From the NCBI RefSeq assembly GCF_009914755.1, contig NC_060940.1: a stretch of 64,000 nt of DNA; one strand, given 5' to 3'. Origin of the DNA: the human T2T-CHM13v2.0 reference genome, Homo sapiens. The notes below the pieces were generated by a model. The model made no database searches, was not told where the DNA came from, and saw nothing but the letters and a program-made list of their open reading frames with translations. A program made the translations under genes and the position numbers. Of the stretch, positions 13,631 through 34,495 are shown in pieces (position 1 is the first letter of the stretch; each line of letters begins with the position of its first letter).

Positions 13631-13982
13631 CCTTAAAGATGGGGGCTGTGCAGCTGTCCAGGGACTTCTTTGGAGCTAAGAAAGAGGGAGTATAGCACCA
13701 GTGATTGAAGGGGATTCTCTGAAGGCTTGGGAACAAACTTTGTGAGAAAGGCATTTCTTGCCTCCCTGCCAACTGTTTCCCCCTCCTCAGAGGCCTGCTT
13801 CAAACACACTGATACACAAGAGTTATGCAGCTGAGTAAGAGCCTATCCACCAGCCCTTACTCCAAAGCACCATCTACGGGATTGAAGTCAGAATTACACC
13901 ACCAAACACAATTAATTCCTTAAACACAGTTAGCCTGTGAAAACCAATGCAGGAAACTAGCCACAACTAAGAAATCCATAGA

Positions 13983-14299
<317 letters not shown>

Positions 14300-17162
14300 A
14301 AGAAATTCATAAAGATCCTAGGCCTTCTGAAAGAACACAGAAATTAAACCAATGAACTGTTCCAACATACACAACAGTCAAACACTCAAGGGAAGAATAG
14401 GAATATAGAAACCAGAAGTCATATCCAAATGACAGCAATTTCAAAAAGATAAATAAACACTAGCCCTCTCAAATGAGAAAGCATCTGTGAAAGAAATCCA
14501 GCAATTCAAAAAGTCATAGCGTTTTCTAACCCTCAGAGGATCACACTAGCTCCTCAGCAATTGATCCTAACCAGATTGAAATGCTGAAATGATAGTCTTA
14601 GAATCCAGAATCTGGATGGTAAGGAAGCACAATGAGGTCCACGGGAAAGTTGAAACCTAACCAAGGAAGCCAGAAAAATAATTCAAGAGTTGAAAGATGA
14701 CATAGCCATTTTAAGAAAGAAGAAAACTGGGCTTCTGGGATTGAACAACTCACTCTAGGAATTTCAAAATACAATTGGAAGCCTCAAAAACAGACTAGAC
14801 CAAGCAGAGGAAGAAATTATAGAACTTGATGTTGGGTCCTATGAATCAACCCAGTCAGATGAAAATAAAGAAAACAGAATTTTTAAAAGTGAACAAAACC
14901 TCTGAGAAATATGGGATCCCATAAAGATACCAAATCTATGACTCATTGGCATTGTGGAGAAAGAGTAAGTAATTTGGAAAACACACTTTAGAATATAGTC
15001 CACAAAACTTTCCCCAATCTCATTAGAGAAGCTGACATGCAAATTCAAGAAATTCAGCGATAAGATACTATACAAGATGGTCATTCCAAAGACACATAGT
15101 GAAAAGCATCCAAAAGTCAACGTGAAAGTCTTATGGCAGCTAGAGAAAAGGGTCAGATCACATACAAAGGGAAGCCCATCAGGCTAACAGCAGACTTGTC
15201 AGCAAAACTTTACAAGCCAGAAGAGTGTTGGCCTATTTTAGCATCCCTAAATAAATTCAAACCCCAAATTTTATATCCTGTCAAACTAAACTTCATAAGT
15301 GAAGGAGAAAAAAATCTTTTCCAGACAAGCAAATGCTAAGGGAATTTAATACCATTAGACCAGCCCTACAAGAGATCCTTGAGGGAGTTCTAAACATGGA
15401 CATGAAAGAACAATACCTGCAACCACAGAAACACACATAAGTACATAGCTCACAGACCTTATAAACAAATACACATTGGAGACTACAAAGCAACCAGATA
15501 ACAACATCCCGGCAGGATAAAAATCTGACATATAAATATTAGCCTTGGATAAAATTATCTAAATACCCCACTTAGAAGGCACAGAGTGGCAAGCTGGATT
15601 AAAGAAAATCAAGAATCACCATCTGCTGTCTTCAAAAGGCCCAACTCACATACAATTACACCCATAGGCTCAAAGTAAAGGCATAAACTAAGATCTATCA
15701 TGCACACAGAAAACAAAAAATCAGGGGTCATTATTCTTATATCAGATTAACACACTTTAAACCAACAACAGTTTTTAAAAATGACAAAGAAGAAGACGAT
15801 AAAGAATGATACACAATGATAAAAGAACTCAATTCAACAAGAAGGCATAAATATTTTTAAATATATAGGCACCCAACCCTGGAGCATCGGATTTCTAAAA
15901 CAAGTACTTCTAGATCTATGAAAAGACTTAGTTAGCCACCCAATTATAGTTAAAAATTTCAACACCTCATTGGCAGCATTAGACAAATTGCTGACACAGA
16001 AAAGTAACAAAGACATTCTAGAATTAAATTTAACATTTCACCTATTGAACTTAATTGACACTTACAGAATCCTCCACCCAACAATCACAGAATGTACTTT
16101 CTTCTCATCGGCACAGGGAACACACTCTGAGATCGACCACATGCTCAGCCATAAAGCAACTCTCAATACATTTTTTAAAAACTGAAAGTATACCAAGCAT
16201 AATATCTCAGACCCTAGTGGAATAAAAATAGAAATCCATACCAAAAATTTCTCTCAATGTCACATAATTATATGAAAATTAAACAACTTGCTCCTGAATG
16301 ACTTTTGGGTAAACAACAAAATAAAGACAGATATTAAAAACTCTTGAAAATAAATAAAAACAGAGACAGAACACGCCAAAATTTCTGGGATACAGCAAAA
16401 CCAGTATTAAGAAAAAAGATTATAGCACTAAATACAGACATCAAGAAGCCAGAAAGGTCTCAAACTAACAAAATCGCACCTACTAGAACTAGCAAAACAA
16501 AAACCAAATAACCTCAAAGCTAGCAGAAGTAAAGAAATAACTAAAACCAGAGCAGAACTGAATAAATTTGCGACACAAAAATCCTTACAAGTAATCAACA
16601 AAACCAAAAGTTTGTCCTTTGAAAGGATAAATGAGATCGATAGCTAGCTAGCTACATTAACAAAGAAAAAATAGAGAAGATTCAAATAAACACAATCAGA
16701 AATGGCAAAGATGGCATTACAATGGATCCCACAGAAATACAAAATATCATCAAAGACTATTATGAACACCTCTATGCACAGAAACTAAGAAATCTAGAGG
16801 AAATGGATAAATTCCCAGAAATACAAAACCTCCCAAGATTGAACCAAGACGAAATTAAAATCCTTAACAGACAATAACAAGTTCTGAAATGGAATCAGTA
16901 ATTTAGAAACCTAGTAACCAAAGAAAAAGCCCTGAACCTATTGGATTCAGAGCCAAATTCTACCAGACATACAAAGAAGATCTGTTACCAATCCTACTGA
17001 AACTATTCCAAAGTATCGAGTTTGAGAGACTCCTCCCTAACTCATTCTATGAATACAGCATCATCTTGATATTAAAAGCTGAAAGAGATGCAGTGAAAAA
17101 AGAAAACTGCAGGACAATATCTCTGAAGAACATAGACACAAAAATTCTCAACAAAACATTAA

Positions 17163-17503
<341 letters not shown>

Positions 17504-20000
17504 CAAAATTCACTTTTTTACAATCTGACAGGCTTTATTTCTGGGATGCAAAGTTGGTTCAACATATACAAAGTAATAAATGTGATTCACCACATAAACA
17601 GAATTCTTAAAAACCACATGATCGTCTCAACAGATGCAGGAAAAACTTTCAGTAGACTCGCAATATTCCTTCATGATCAAAACATTCAACAAATTAGGCA
17701 TCAAAGTAACATACCTGAAAATAATGACAGCCACCTATGACAAACACACAGCCAACATCATACTCGATGGGCTAACCTTGGAACCATTTTCCTTCAGAAC
17801 TGGAACAAGAAAAAGATGCCCACTCTCTCCATTCCTATTCAACATAGTACTAGAAGTCCTAGCCAGGGCAATCAGGCAAGAGAAAGGAATTAAAGGCATC
17901 CAAGTAAGAACTGAAGAAGTCAAACTATCTCTCTTTTCAGATGATATGATTGTACACCTAGACAGCCCTAAAGACTGTCAAAACGCTCCTAGATCTGACA
18001 GCAATTTCAGTAAAGTTTCTAGTTACAAAATCAACGTGGAAATATTAGCAGCATTTCAATACACCAATAGTGTTTAAGGTGAAAGCCAAATCAAGAACAC
18101 AATCCCATTTATAAATAGCCACAAAAAAAAAAATACCGGGAAATGCATCTGACCAAATAAATGAAAGATTTCTACAAGAAGAACTATACACAATGCCAAA
18201 AGAAATCAGAAATTAAACAAACAAATGAAAAAAATCCATGCTCATGGATTGGAAGAATGAGTATCATCAAAATGCTTATACTGCCCAATGCAATCTACAA
18301 ATTCAATCCACACTATTCCTATCAAGCTACCAACACCATTTTTTCACAGCGTTAGGAAAAATGACTCTAAAACTCATAGAACCAAAAAAGAGCCACACTA
18401 GCCAACCAATCCTGAGGAAAAAAAAGCTGGAGGCATCAGTCTACCTGACTTCAAATTATATTACAAGGATACAGTAACCACAACACACGGTTTTGGTATA
18501 AAAACAAATACAAAGACCAACAGAAAGAATAGAGAACCCAGAAATTAATCCACATATTTACAGCCATCTGATTTTTGATAAAATGTCAAGAACATCCATG
18601 GGGGAAAGAACATTCTCATCAACAAATAAGGCTGGGAACACTGGATATCTGTAGGCAGAAGAATGAAACTAGATCCTTATAGTTCTCCATATACAGAAAT
18701 CTACTGTAAATGGATTAAAGAAAATTTAAGAACCAAAATTATAAAACTACTAGAAGAGAACATAGCAGAAATGCTTCAGTACCTTGGTCTAGGCAAAGCT
18801 GTGATGACTAAAACATCAAAAACACAGGCGAAAACCGACCAATGAGACTATATTAAAATTTAAGTTTCTTCATAGCAAAGGGAACAACCAACAGAGTGAA
18901 GAGACAATCTGTAGAATGGAAGAAAATGTTTGCAATTTATTCATCTGACAAAGGTCTAATATTCAGCTTATATAAAGAGCTCAAACAACCCAACAGCAAA
19001 AACAAAATTAATAATCTGATTAAAAAGTGGGCAAAGGATCTGAATAGACATTTTTCAAAAGAAGATGTACAAATGGCCAACAAATATATGAAAAATACTC
19101 AACATCAGTAATTATCAGGAAATGAAATAAATCTGCAATGAGATATCATCTCACTACAGTTAGAATGGCTACTATCAAAAAGACAGAAAGTAAAAAATGC
19201 TGGTGAGGTTGCAGAAAAAGGAAACTCTTATGCACTGTTGGAGGGAATGTAAATTAGTATAGCCATTAAGGAAAACAGTATGGAGGTTTCTTAAAAACTA
19301 AAAATAGAACTATAAAACAATCCAACAATCCCACTACTGAGTATTTATCAAAAAGAAAGAAAATAAATGTATCAAAGAAATACCAGCACTGCCATTTTTA
19401 TTGTATCACTATTTATAATTACTAAGATATGGAATCCACCTAAATGTTTATCAACAGATGAATGCATAAAGAAAATGTGGTATCTGTACACAATGGAAGA
19501 CTATTCAGCCATAAAATAGAATAAAATTATATCATTCTCAGCCACATAGATGACCTTAGAGGACATTATGTTAAGTAGAATAAGTCAGGCACAGAAGAAC
19601 AAATGCTGTATGTTCTCACTCATGTGGGAGCTAAATTTTTTTTAAAAATGAGTTCGTGGTAGTAGAGAAAAGAACTGTGGACATTAGAGTCTGGGAAATG
19701 AAGGGGAGTGGGGGATGGGGTGAGGTTGGTTAATGGAAAAGAAATTATCACTAGATAGAATGAACTCTAGTGTTCTGTGGCATTGTAGGGTGAATATGAT
19801 TAACTATGATTTATTGTATTTTTTTGAAAGCTAGAAGAGAGGATTATAAATGTTCACAAAAAAAAGAATGGTAAATGGTTGAAGTGCTTGATATAATAAT
19901 TAACCTGATTTGACGATTATACGTTGTTTACATGTATCAAAATATTACTGTGTATCCTATAAATATGTACAAATATACATGACCACAGAATATAAAAGAA

Positions 20001-20120
20001 AGCCAGGCATGGCGTAACATGCCTGTAGTCACAGCAATTTGGGAGGCTGAAGCAGAAGGATCCCTTGAGCTCAGGAGTTTAAGGCCAGCCTGAGTAACAC
20101 AGTGAGATCCATTTCTAATA
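20001..20120 (+). mobile_element. Free Alu monomer (FLAM-like)
   Basis: Single ~120-bp monomer followed by an A-rich tail. Confidence 0.8.
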
Positions 20121-20179
20121 TACATAAATAGATAAATAATAAAAATAGAAGAAAAAAATTTATCCTATAAAGAAGTAGA

Positions 20180-20605
20180 CTGTGGGCCAACCCTACTGAC
20201 TTGCCTCTAATGAAGAAATGTGGTAAAAGTGATACCACGTGTCTTCCAACATTAAGTTAGAAAAGGCCCTCTACCTCACACTGCTTGTCCTTGGAACTTA
20301 GACCCCACGTTGTGAGGAAGCTCAGGCCACAAAGATAGCCTAAGAGTTCCAATGAAGGTATTTCAGCTGCCTGCCCCAACTAAAGTTTCAGTCAATGGCC
20401 ATCATGAACAACCAGACAGTTAGGGAACATGCCTTCATAGGATTCCAGTCCTCCAACCTCTGATTTATCCCAAGTGAAGCTCAGGGGAATGGAGACAAGC
20501 TGTCCTGGCCAAAGTTTTCCCCACCCACAGATGGCTGAACTAAATAAATGTTGTTTTCAGCAACTCAACTTTGGGTAATTTGTTAGGAAAAAATAAACAG
20601 AAAAT
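20180..20605 (+). mobile_element. MLT1-type MaLR LTR fragment
   Basis: ccacgttgtgaggaagctcaggcc and aataaatgttgttt...gggtaatttgtta are typical of MLT1. Confidence 0.65.
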
Positions 20606-20644
20606 TTGATTTAAACAAAGAGACATCAAGAAAAAATAACTTAT

Positions 20645-26812
<6,168 letters not shown>

Positions 26813-26859
26813 ATTAAGTACAATTTCCCCTTTACCTTACTTTGAGCCTGTTTGTATGA

Positions 26860-28240
26860 AGAAGGTGAGACCATCTCATCTTTATTTTGTAACAAAATGC
26901 TTCTCCATATCATACAAATTGAGCAAGACATGTTACTGCACAAGGATAGACATAGACCAGCATATTGGAATTGAGAATCCAAAATTAAATCTGTATGTTT
27001 GTGTTCAATTGATTTTCAACAAGAGTTAAAAAGCAAATGAGAAAAGAATAGTATTTTCAACAAATGGTATCATCTCACCAAATGCCATATCTAAACATTT
27101 ATTCAAAATAGAACAGCTAAATGTGAGAGCTAAAACTATAAAATTCTTAGATGAAGACACAGGCATAAATCTTTGTGACTGCATTTGCCAGTGGTTTCTT
27201 AGACATAACACCAAAAGGAAAAATAGATTAACTGGACTTGATCAAAATTTGGAACTTGAGCAGGAACCATCAGGAAAGCAAAGAGGAAGGCCATTGAGTA
27301 GAAATAAATATTTGAAAATCATGCATCTGATAAGGGACTTACACCTAGGATATAAAAACAACTCTTAAAATTTAGAAATAAAAAACCAATTTAAAAATGG
27401 GCAAAGGATTTGAATAGATATTTCTCCAAAGAAGATATACAAATGGTTCATAAGCACATAAAAAGATGCTTAAAGTCATTAGTCATTAGAAGAATGCAAA
27501 TCAAAACCACAATAAAGTACCACATAGCACTACTAGAATGAAATCTTTTCTCAATCAAAAATATGGAAAATTTTGGCAAGGGTATGAAGACATTAGAACA
27601 CCCTCACGATGCTGAGAAGAATGTAAAATGGTGCAGCCACTTTGGAAAACAGACTGGCAGCTCCTCAAAGAGTTAACACATGACTCAGCAATTCCACTCA
27701 TAAGTATAACCCCAACAGAAATGAAAACATATGCAAACACAAGCACTTTTACATAAAAGTTCACGGCAGCTTTGTTAATAACAGTCCAAACTGGAAACAA
27801 CCCGATGGTCCAACAATTGATGAATGGATAAATAAAATGATTGGTATATTCACACAATGGAATATTACTCAGCAATTAGAAGAAATTAAGTACTGATACC
27901 TGCTACCACACAGAAAACCCTTAAAATCTTACGCTAAGTGAAAAAAAAAAGTCACAAAAGACCACATATTGTGTGCTTCCACTGATAGAAAACATCCAGA
28001 ATGGACAAATCTATACAATCAAAGGAGACTGGTGGTTCCCTGGAGCTGAGTAAAAAGGGGGAAACTGGTCAATGATAGCTTAGGGATGCAGAGTTTCTTT
28101 TCAGGGTCATAAAAATGTTCTAAAATTGATGGTGGCAATGGTTACACAACTGTGTGAATATACTAAGAAACTGTGAATTGTACACTTTACACAGATGAAC
28201 TGTATGGTAGGTGAATTGTATCTTAATAAAGTTGTTTTTA
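26860..28240 (+). mobile_element. Old L1 (L1MB-like) 3' fragment
   Basis: Degenerate ORF2 end and 3'UTR ending gtgaattgtatcttaataaagttg. Confidence 0.8.
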
Positions 28241-28889
28241 AAAATCAAATGGCAGGATTTTGATAAATTTCCTACTTCTCTACTTTGGATTATATACTAT
28301 ACATGATCTGAATATTTCTGTTTTACAATATATTTAAAAGAAACAAAATAGGAAGGAAATGCCTAACATTTCAAGTAGTTTGTAAACTAATCTAAAACAT
28401 TTGTATTTTGAAGACCAGTATAACAGTCTTTCCTGTACATGTTATCCTGAAATACATGAAATAAATATACAGAGATTCTGTACCCATTCACAAAAGTAAA
28501 GATAAGAAATAAGACAATTTTCTGAAATAAACATTATCCTCTGATTTAATCTCGTGTGCCTCATCATGGCAATAGAGAAAAATCACTAAAAATTACTGTT
28601 TCACAGAAAAAAAGTCTCTCAACTTTTGTGAGAAATGATGTCTAATTCTCAACTTTTCCTGAAGGTAAATATTATAAGAAAAATATGTACATACTTAAGA
28701 GGAAAAAATGACAGAATAAAAGTCAAGAGGTTAAGAAATAAGTACATTATAATGATAATAAAATTGTAATAAAATTAATTATAATGAAAACAAAAAAGAA
28801 AGCTGTTCACTGAAATTAGTATACTAAAACACTTCATATTATTTAACCAGCTATAGACTAACTGTTGACATGTTACATTTTATACATAC

Positions 28890-29036
28890 TTGACTTCTGA
28901 TTTGATCTGATTTCCTCTTTGAGGCCTGTGTTTCATCTAAATTAACATAACATGGTGTAGCCTCTAGTGGAGGCTCTGATATAGGTTGTTTTTTTACAGT
29001 ATCAGCCAGTTCTTGTTGAAGTTGTCTCATAATTTC
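28890..29036 (-). pseudogene. ANKRD26-like exon, 147 bp (EIMRQLQQELADTVKKQ...DQIRSQ)
   Basis: tttacag|GAA...CAA|gtatgt; 49 open codons; phase 0 to 0. Confidence 0.9.
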
Positions 29037-30139
29037 CTGTAAAGATATTTTTGTTATTGATTTTATGTCACCTTGTTATTAAATGATGGTCATAGAATTT
29101 AACTCTAACATAAATACTTTGAAAAATATTACCACATACATTGATTCACCTACTTTTCCGCATGTGTAATGAACATTCCTGTTCAATACTGAATTCAGTT
29201 AAGGACAGAAAAGGTGCTATTTTCCCACCAAATCAGTATTCTGTAACTTAGACAACAGATACAGCCCATTATACATTCATCACCTAAGTTTGCAATGCTT
29301 AATCATCTACTGAAGTCTCAGAAAGAAATGGGTATGTGAGTGAGACTAGTGGTGGTAAATTCTATACTCTGAAATGTTTTCTCTCTTCTTTATTAGAAGT
29401 TCAAATCAACTTCACAATTCCTTATTTATTCAATTGCCTGCTCAAATCCTTCCAATAGATTGCTGTATCGAAATAAAACTAAAATTTCAATGGCCTTTGA
29501 GGCCCTTGATAATCTTGCCTCCACCTCCCTGATCTCAGCTCCTACACTCTCTCCCCTACTCACTCCATTCCCACTATGTGTGAATCCTGTCACCCCTCGT
29601 TAGTTTGAACATGGGGACCCAATGCCAAACAAAGAAATCTCAGATTGCTACAATTATCTTTGTACTGGACAAAGTTATATCCAAATGAAATTAGTCATTG
29701 AGTCTTGAAATAAAAATTATGCACAAATTACTTGTAAAAACATTCGAAATAAATTACAAATGCCAGTGGTAAGAGTAAATCAAATATGGTTTTACTGATA
29801 CTCACATCCGTCCCAAATTATATTTAATTAAAAGTGAATGCCGTCAAAGAGTTGAGAGGTCATGACAATAATGAAATAGTTTCAGATTTAAGTCAAACTG
29901 ACATGAATAAAAATAAAATTACACCAACTTCAATATATAAGAAGCTCCTGAGGGAAAGTCTTATGAGATACAGCAGTACGCTTCAGTTCACCTGGGAAAT
30001 CTGGACCTAACTGTCGAAATCACCCACCAAATTGAATCTTAATTTCAAAATATTCATTTCAGGTATGAGCATTTCCATTTATCTGTTTCATCATGGTCTC
30101 AAAATGTGGCCACATAAAGACATTAAAATTATTATTTCA

Positions 30140-30436
30140 GGCCCGTTGCGGTGGCTTACGCCTGTAATCCCAGCACTTTGGGAGGTCCAGGTGGGTGGAT
30201 CACCTGAGGTCAGGAGTTTGAGACCAGCCTGGCCAACATGGCAAAACCCCGTTTCTACTAAAAATAGAAAAATTAGCCGGGCGTGGTGGCGCGTGCCTGT
30301 AATCCCAGCTACTCGTTAGGCTGAGGCAGGAGAATCGCTTGAACCCGGGAAGCGGAGGTTGCATTGAGCAAAGATCGTGCCACGGCACTCCAGCCTGGGC
30401 AACAGAATGAGACTCTGTCTCAAATTTTAAAAAAAA
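30140..30436 (+). mobile_element. Alu (AluS-type)
   Basis: Full dimer; TSD tattatttca. Confidence 0.93.
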
Positions 30437-30720
30437 GGTATTATTTCAGCAGTGTAAGACTACATTATTGATATTAGTCTCTATCTATTAACAACTTGTA
30501 ACTTAACCTCTCAATGTTTCATAGGTGACACTGTTTCTTTACTCAAAGCATCTTTCCAGTCTAACTTTTTTTGCTGGCATGTTTCTAGGCTGATAAAGCA
30601 AATATGTTTATAATACATATATTTTTATATTCAATGAGACTCATCATTTAGCAAAAACCAAATATTACTTTACATTTTCTTTCAAGAAGTTTGAAAAATA
30701 TTTTCTTTCTCAATACTTAC

Positions 30721-31674
30721 ATTTCTTTCTGCTTTCTCTTTTTCATATTTATACAATCTTTTTTTTATGAAATCGCATTTATTGATCAAGTTGTTGTTTT
30801 TCTGCTCTAGTAGAAGACTTTGCTCTTCACTCTGAGCTTGATTTTTGACAATAGCATTAAATTGCTCTTGGATATTAATTATTGTCTCTTCTTGATTGTC
30901 GGCTTTCTTGTAAGCCTCATCCAGTTGCTGTCGAAGTAACAGATTTTCGTTTTGTATTTGAGATAATCTCTCCTCTAGAGATTCTTGCTTTTGAATGTAT
31001 TTACTCACTTTGTCTTCTTCATTCTGAAACATTTGTTCAATTTCTTTCCTCCGACATTGTGATTGGGTTAGGTCTCTTTGGACATCTTCTAAAACCAATG
31101 TCTTTTCCTTTAGAGCATCTTTTGTCTGGTGCCACTTCATTTTGAGGCTTCTGATTTTATTTTCAGCATTAGAAAGTTTTTCAGAAAGCAGCTCATTCTT
31201 ATCTTTTAGGTTACTCATATCAAAATTCATTTTTTCCTTTAAATGAAACCACTCTTCTCTTGTCCTCTGGAAATCACATTCTACATCTCTTTTTGATGCC
31301 TGACTTTGATCACGGTCTTGTAGAGCAGCAGCCAGTCTACAACGATATGATTCAATTTCTCTTTCCAGTCTCTCCTGGTTTTGGCTTTTATCCTTCAATT
31401 TAAAACTGGACATTTCATTCTCAGCTTTCAAAACTTCAGGCTGTATACTGTCCTGGAATATCATTGTTGCAAATGTTTCCTCTTTCAGCATCAAAGCATT
31501 TTGAAGGAAATCATTCTTTTCTTTCGCAATTTTAATGTCCTCAAGAAAATTCTTTTCCTTTTGCTGGTTCCAATTTTTCAGTGCATCTATTTCCAGTCTT
31601 AGCCTTGCAATTTCTTCCTGCAACATGCAATTTTTATGCAACAGATCTTTTTCTTTCTTATGCCCATGAGAAAT
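30721..31674 (-). pseudogene. ANKRD26-like coiled-coil exon, 954 bp, fully open (318 codons)
   Basis: atttag|ATTTCTCAT...AAT|gtaagt; overlaps ORF 30682-31641 (MLQEEIARLRLEID...EKEKAERN); phase 0 to 0. Confidence 0.93.
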
Positions 31675-34128
31675 CTAAATAAACAAAGGAAACTTTTAGC
31701 TAACATTCAATACAATGACATTTCATTACTTTCTCTGAAATTAAAGAATATCCTGCACATTTATACAATGAAAGCATTGCCATGAATGAATATCTAACTG
31801 GGAAAAAAAAGTTAAATTAAAACTTCAAACCTCATAGAGCATAAATTCTCCAAAGGTCAAAGATTTATTTAAAGACAATGAATCCATAAAAGTAAAAGAG
31901 AAACCACTAGAGAATGTGTAAGGTTCCCAGAAATGGAAAAACCTTTCTCAGAACAACAACAAACCCAAAGGCATAAAATAAAAGATTAAAAAAATTTACT
32001 ACATTAAATATTGGGTTTACACTCTGATATCTAACCTATATACCACCATATACTAAGAGCCTTAGCTCTGCATATATTTGGACAGATGAAATTTCCCAAT
32101 GTCCTTTAAGCTCCTTTTTCCTGAGAATATCCTACAGATATAGTATTTTTGTACCATTTTTATAGTCAGTTCTAAGAATGACATACGTGCATAAACGCTA
32201 AATATAAGCATTTCACTAAGCACTTCTACATATGTCACTGAACTCAATTATCACAATTCTGCAAAGGAGTGGTCAAAAAATAAGCAAGCTGCAGAATTTT
32301 CCCTAGGTTTTCTAACTCTACTTCTAGTGCGCCTCCACCAAATCACATTTATTTCTTTAGTATAAATAAATACAAAAAGAAGCCTTTTTATTTCAAAACA
32401 CCAATAGTAAATAAGATAAAATTATAGAGCTTTGCTTAGAGAGTCATAAAATCATTTGCCATTGCAATAACTTCTATTTCCTCTTTATGATGTTTGAAAG
32501 AGTAATAAATGTGAAATGGGGGAAATATACTGAACTATTTTACTAGGAACGAAATACATATTAGCAAATTATCACTAGTTTATATTGTGGCACAACATTG
32601 TGTTCAAACTCTTTGTACTCAAATTAGACACTATTGGAGCAGACTGTTAATCTTCTCAAAAGTAAAAAGAAGAACATCCAAAATATGGTCTCTGAACTGC
32701 CTATACATTTTCTTCTTACCAATCAGTGGAAGTAATAAACTAACCCCTCCATTAATATAAAAATAAGATTAAATAACTTTCAACAACTAGAACATGTTTT
32801 GTTAGTAGCAAGGGTTTTGACATTATAGAAAGATCATTAATTCCTATGGAAAGTATCAAATGCTTCTGCTTTTCATGAGGGCAATATGAATATCACTACT
32901 TGACCATTGCAGACAAATGGCATTAAATTAAGAGAACATCATTTTATTCAGTGGGCCAAAGGCCAGAACCACCACCACCACCTCATAAAAGACAAAGACA
33001 AAAATTGTCTTCTTCCTTCTTTACAACTTGGATTTTAAACAGCCAGATTTAGAGGATGCGACATTGTGGAGCTTCAGGAACAGAAAGGAAGCTTCACCCT
33101 TTGTGCACTAAGCTATTCTTTTCCCCACTGTCTTTTATCTTTCTTTTTTATCTGTCTAGAGCTCAGCTTTCTACTTTAAAGTCATATACTAAATTTTTGG
33201 CTGAGGATTTATGCTACTTATATAAAAATATCATATATGCCATAACTCACCATACTCTATCAAACAATAGAATGTAGAGGTCTGACTCAACAGAAACATT
33301 TGAGAGTTATTAAAAATATGTGAAAGTATATATACTTCTCAAAAATATTTAAAATGCTTATAATATAATTATATGTTGCAAGAGTTGCAGTTAAACAGAT
33401 ACACTACAAAACATGAAAGCACAAGAAACAGTTTCATTGGCCACGAATATTTCTTACAACTCTCAAGACTAACACATTTTTATCTCTCTTTTCCGTTATT
33501 TCTTCCTTCCCATTGTATTCCCATTTTATTGCTAAACACATCTCATCTTTATGTAAATAGAAGGGACAACCCTAGGGCTATAATTTTAAGCAATTTTCTT
33601 TATGCTTATCCTGGTTCTGAAGGACATAGGCATACGGATAAATTAGTTTATGATTTCTTATACCACTTGGAAAACTTAACAGACTTTGCTTGATCAAGGT
33701 ACAAAGATTAGAGAAAGTTTTTCTGAACTTCTATCATTTAGATAGCAGAAATAATCTATTTCTATGTACAATTACAGATTTAGATAACCCTATTTTACAC
33801 ATGAGTTTCTCATCAGTAGTAACTCAGAATGGATCAGATAATTGATAAAGAGAAAAAACAAAGAGTAGCAACAAGTAAACCTCCAGGAACTCTACTTGTA
33901 ATATGTCTACTTCATTCTTAAACCTTTGCATATCTTGCTGTCATTTTCCTTGTAGATATATTTTTGATGTTCTGTCATGATGTAGTGGTAAAGAACTCAC
34001 ATTTTCTAATTCAGGCACCATGATTTTATAGTTGCTAGCACTGAGACTGTCACAGAATGGCTTCTGGAACAAGTCCTGTATTGCTTTTATTTTCTTCTAA
34101 GTGTCTATATCTGCAGAAATACTGTGGC

Positions 34129-34211
34129 TTTTTTTTTTTTTTTTTTTTTTTTTGAGATGGAGTGTCGCTCTGTCGCCCAGGCTGGAGTGCAGTGGTGCGA
34201 CTCAGCTCACT
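34129..34211 (-). mobile_element. Severely 5'-truncated Alu
   Basis: PolyT plus the last ~58 nt of Alu, inserted at TTAAA|AGCCAC of the exon; no clear TSD. Confidence 0.85.
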
Positions 34212-34415
34212 CCTTTAATTTGAATCATGTTTTATCTCTCTGGAGGGGGTACCCCATGAATCTAAAAAACATTTTGGATCACTAGGTAGAGGCATATGCC
34301 TGATGTCTAATTTGGTGCCTCATGGTATCTTGGTCATATTTTTTCATCATTTGCATATCAAACTCTTGACTTTCTTTCATTTCCATTGTAACAACTTCTG
34401 GGTCCCTTGCTTTCT

Positions 34416-34495
34416 TTTTTTTCTTTTTTTTTTTTTTTTTGAGGAGTCTCGCTCTGTTGCCCAGGCTGGAGTGCAATGGCACGATCTCGGCTCAC
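34416..34495 (-). mobile_element. Severely 5'-truncated Alu
   Basis: PolyT plus the last ~55 nt of Alu; TSD ggtcccttgctttct 34401-34415 / ggttccttgctttct 34496-34510. Confidence 0.9.

Noticed and set aside
30682-31641. Stand-alone 319-aa gene
   Set aside because: The ORF starts at TTG and coincides with an internal exon bounded by AG and GT; its last residues are intronic.
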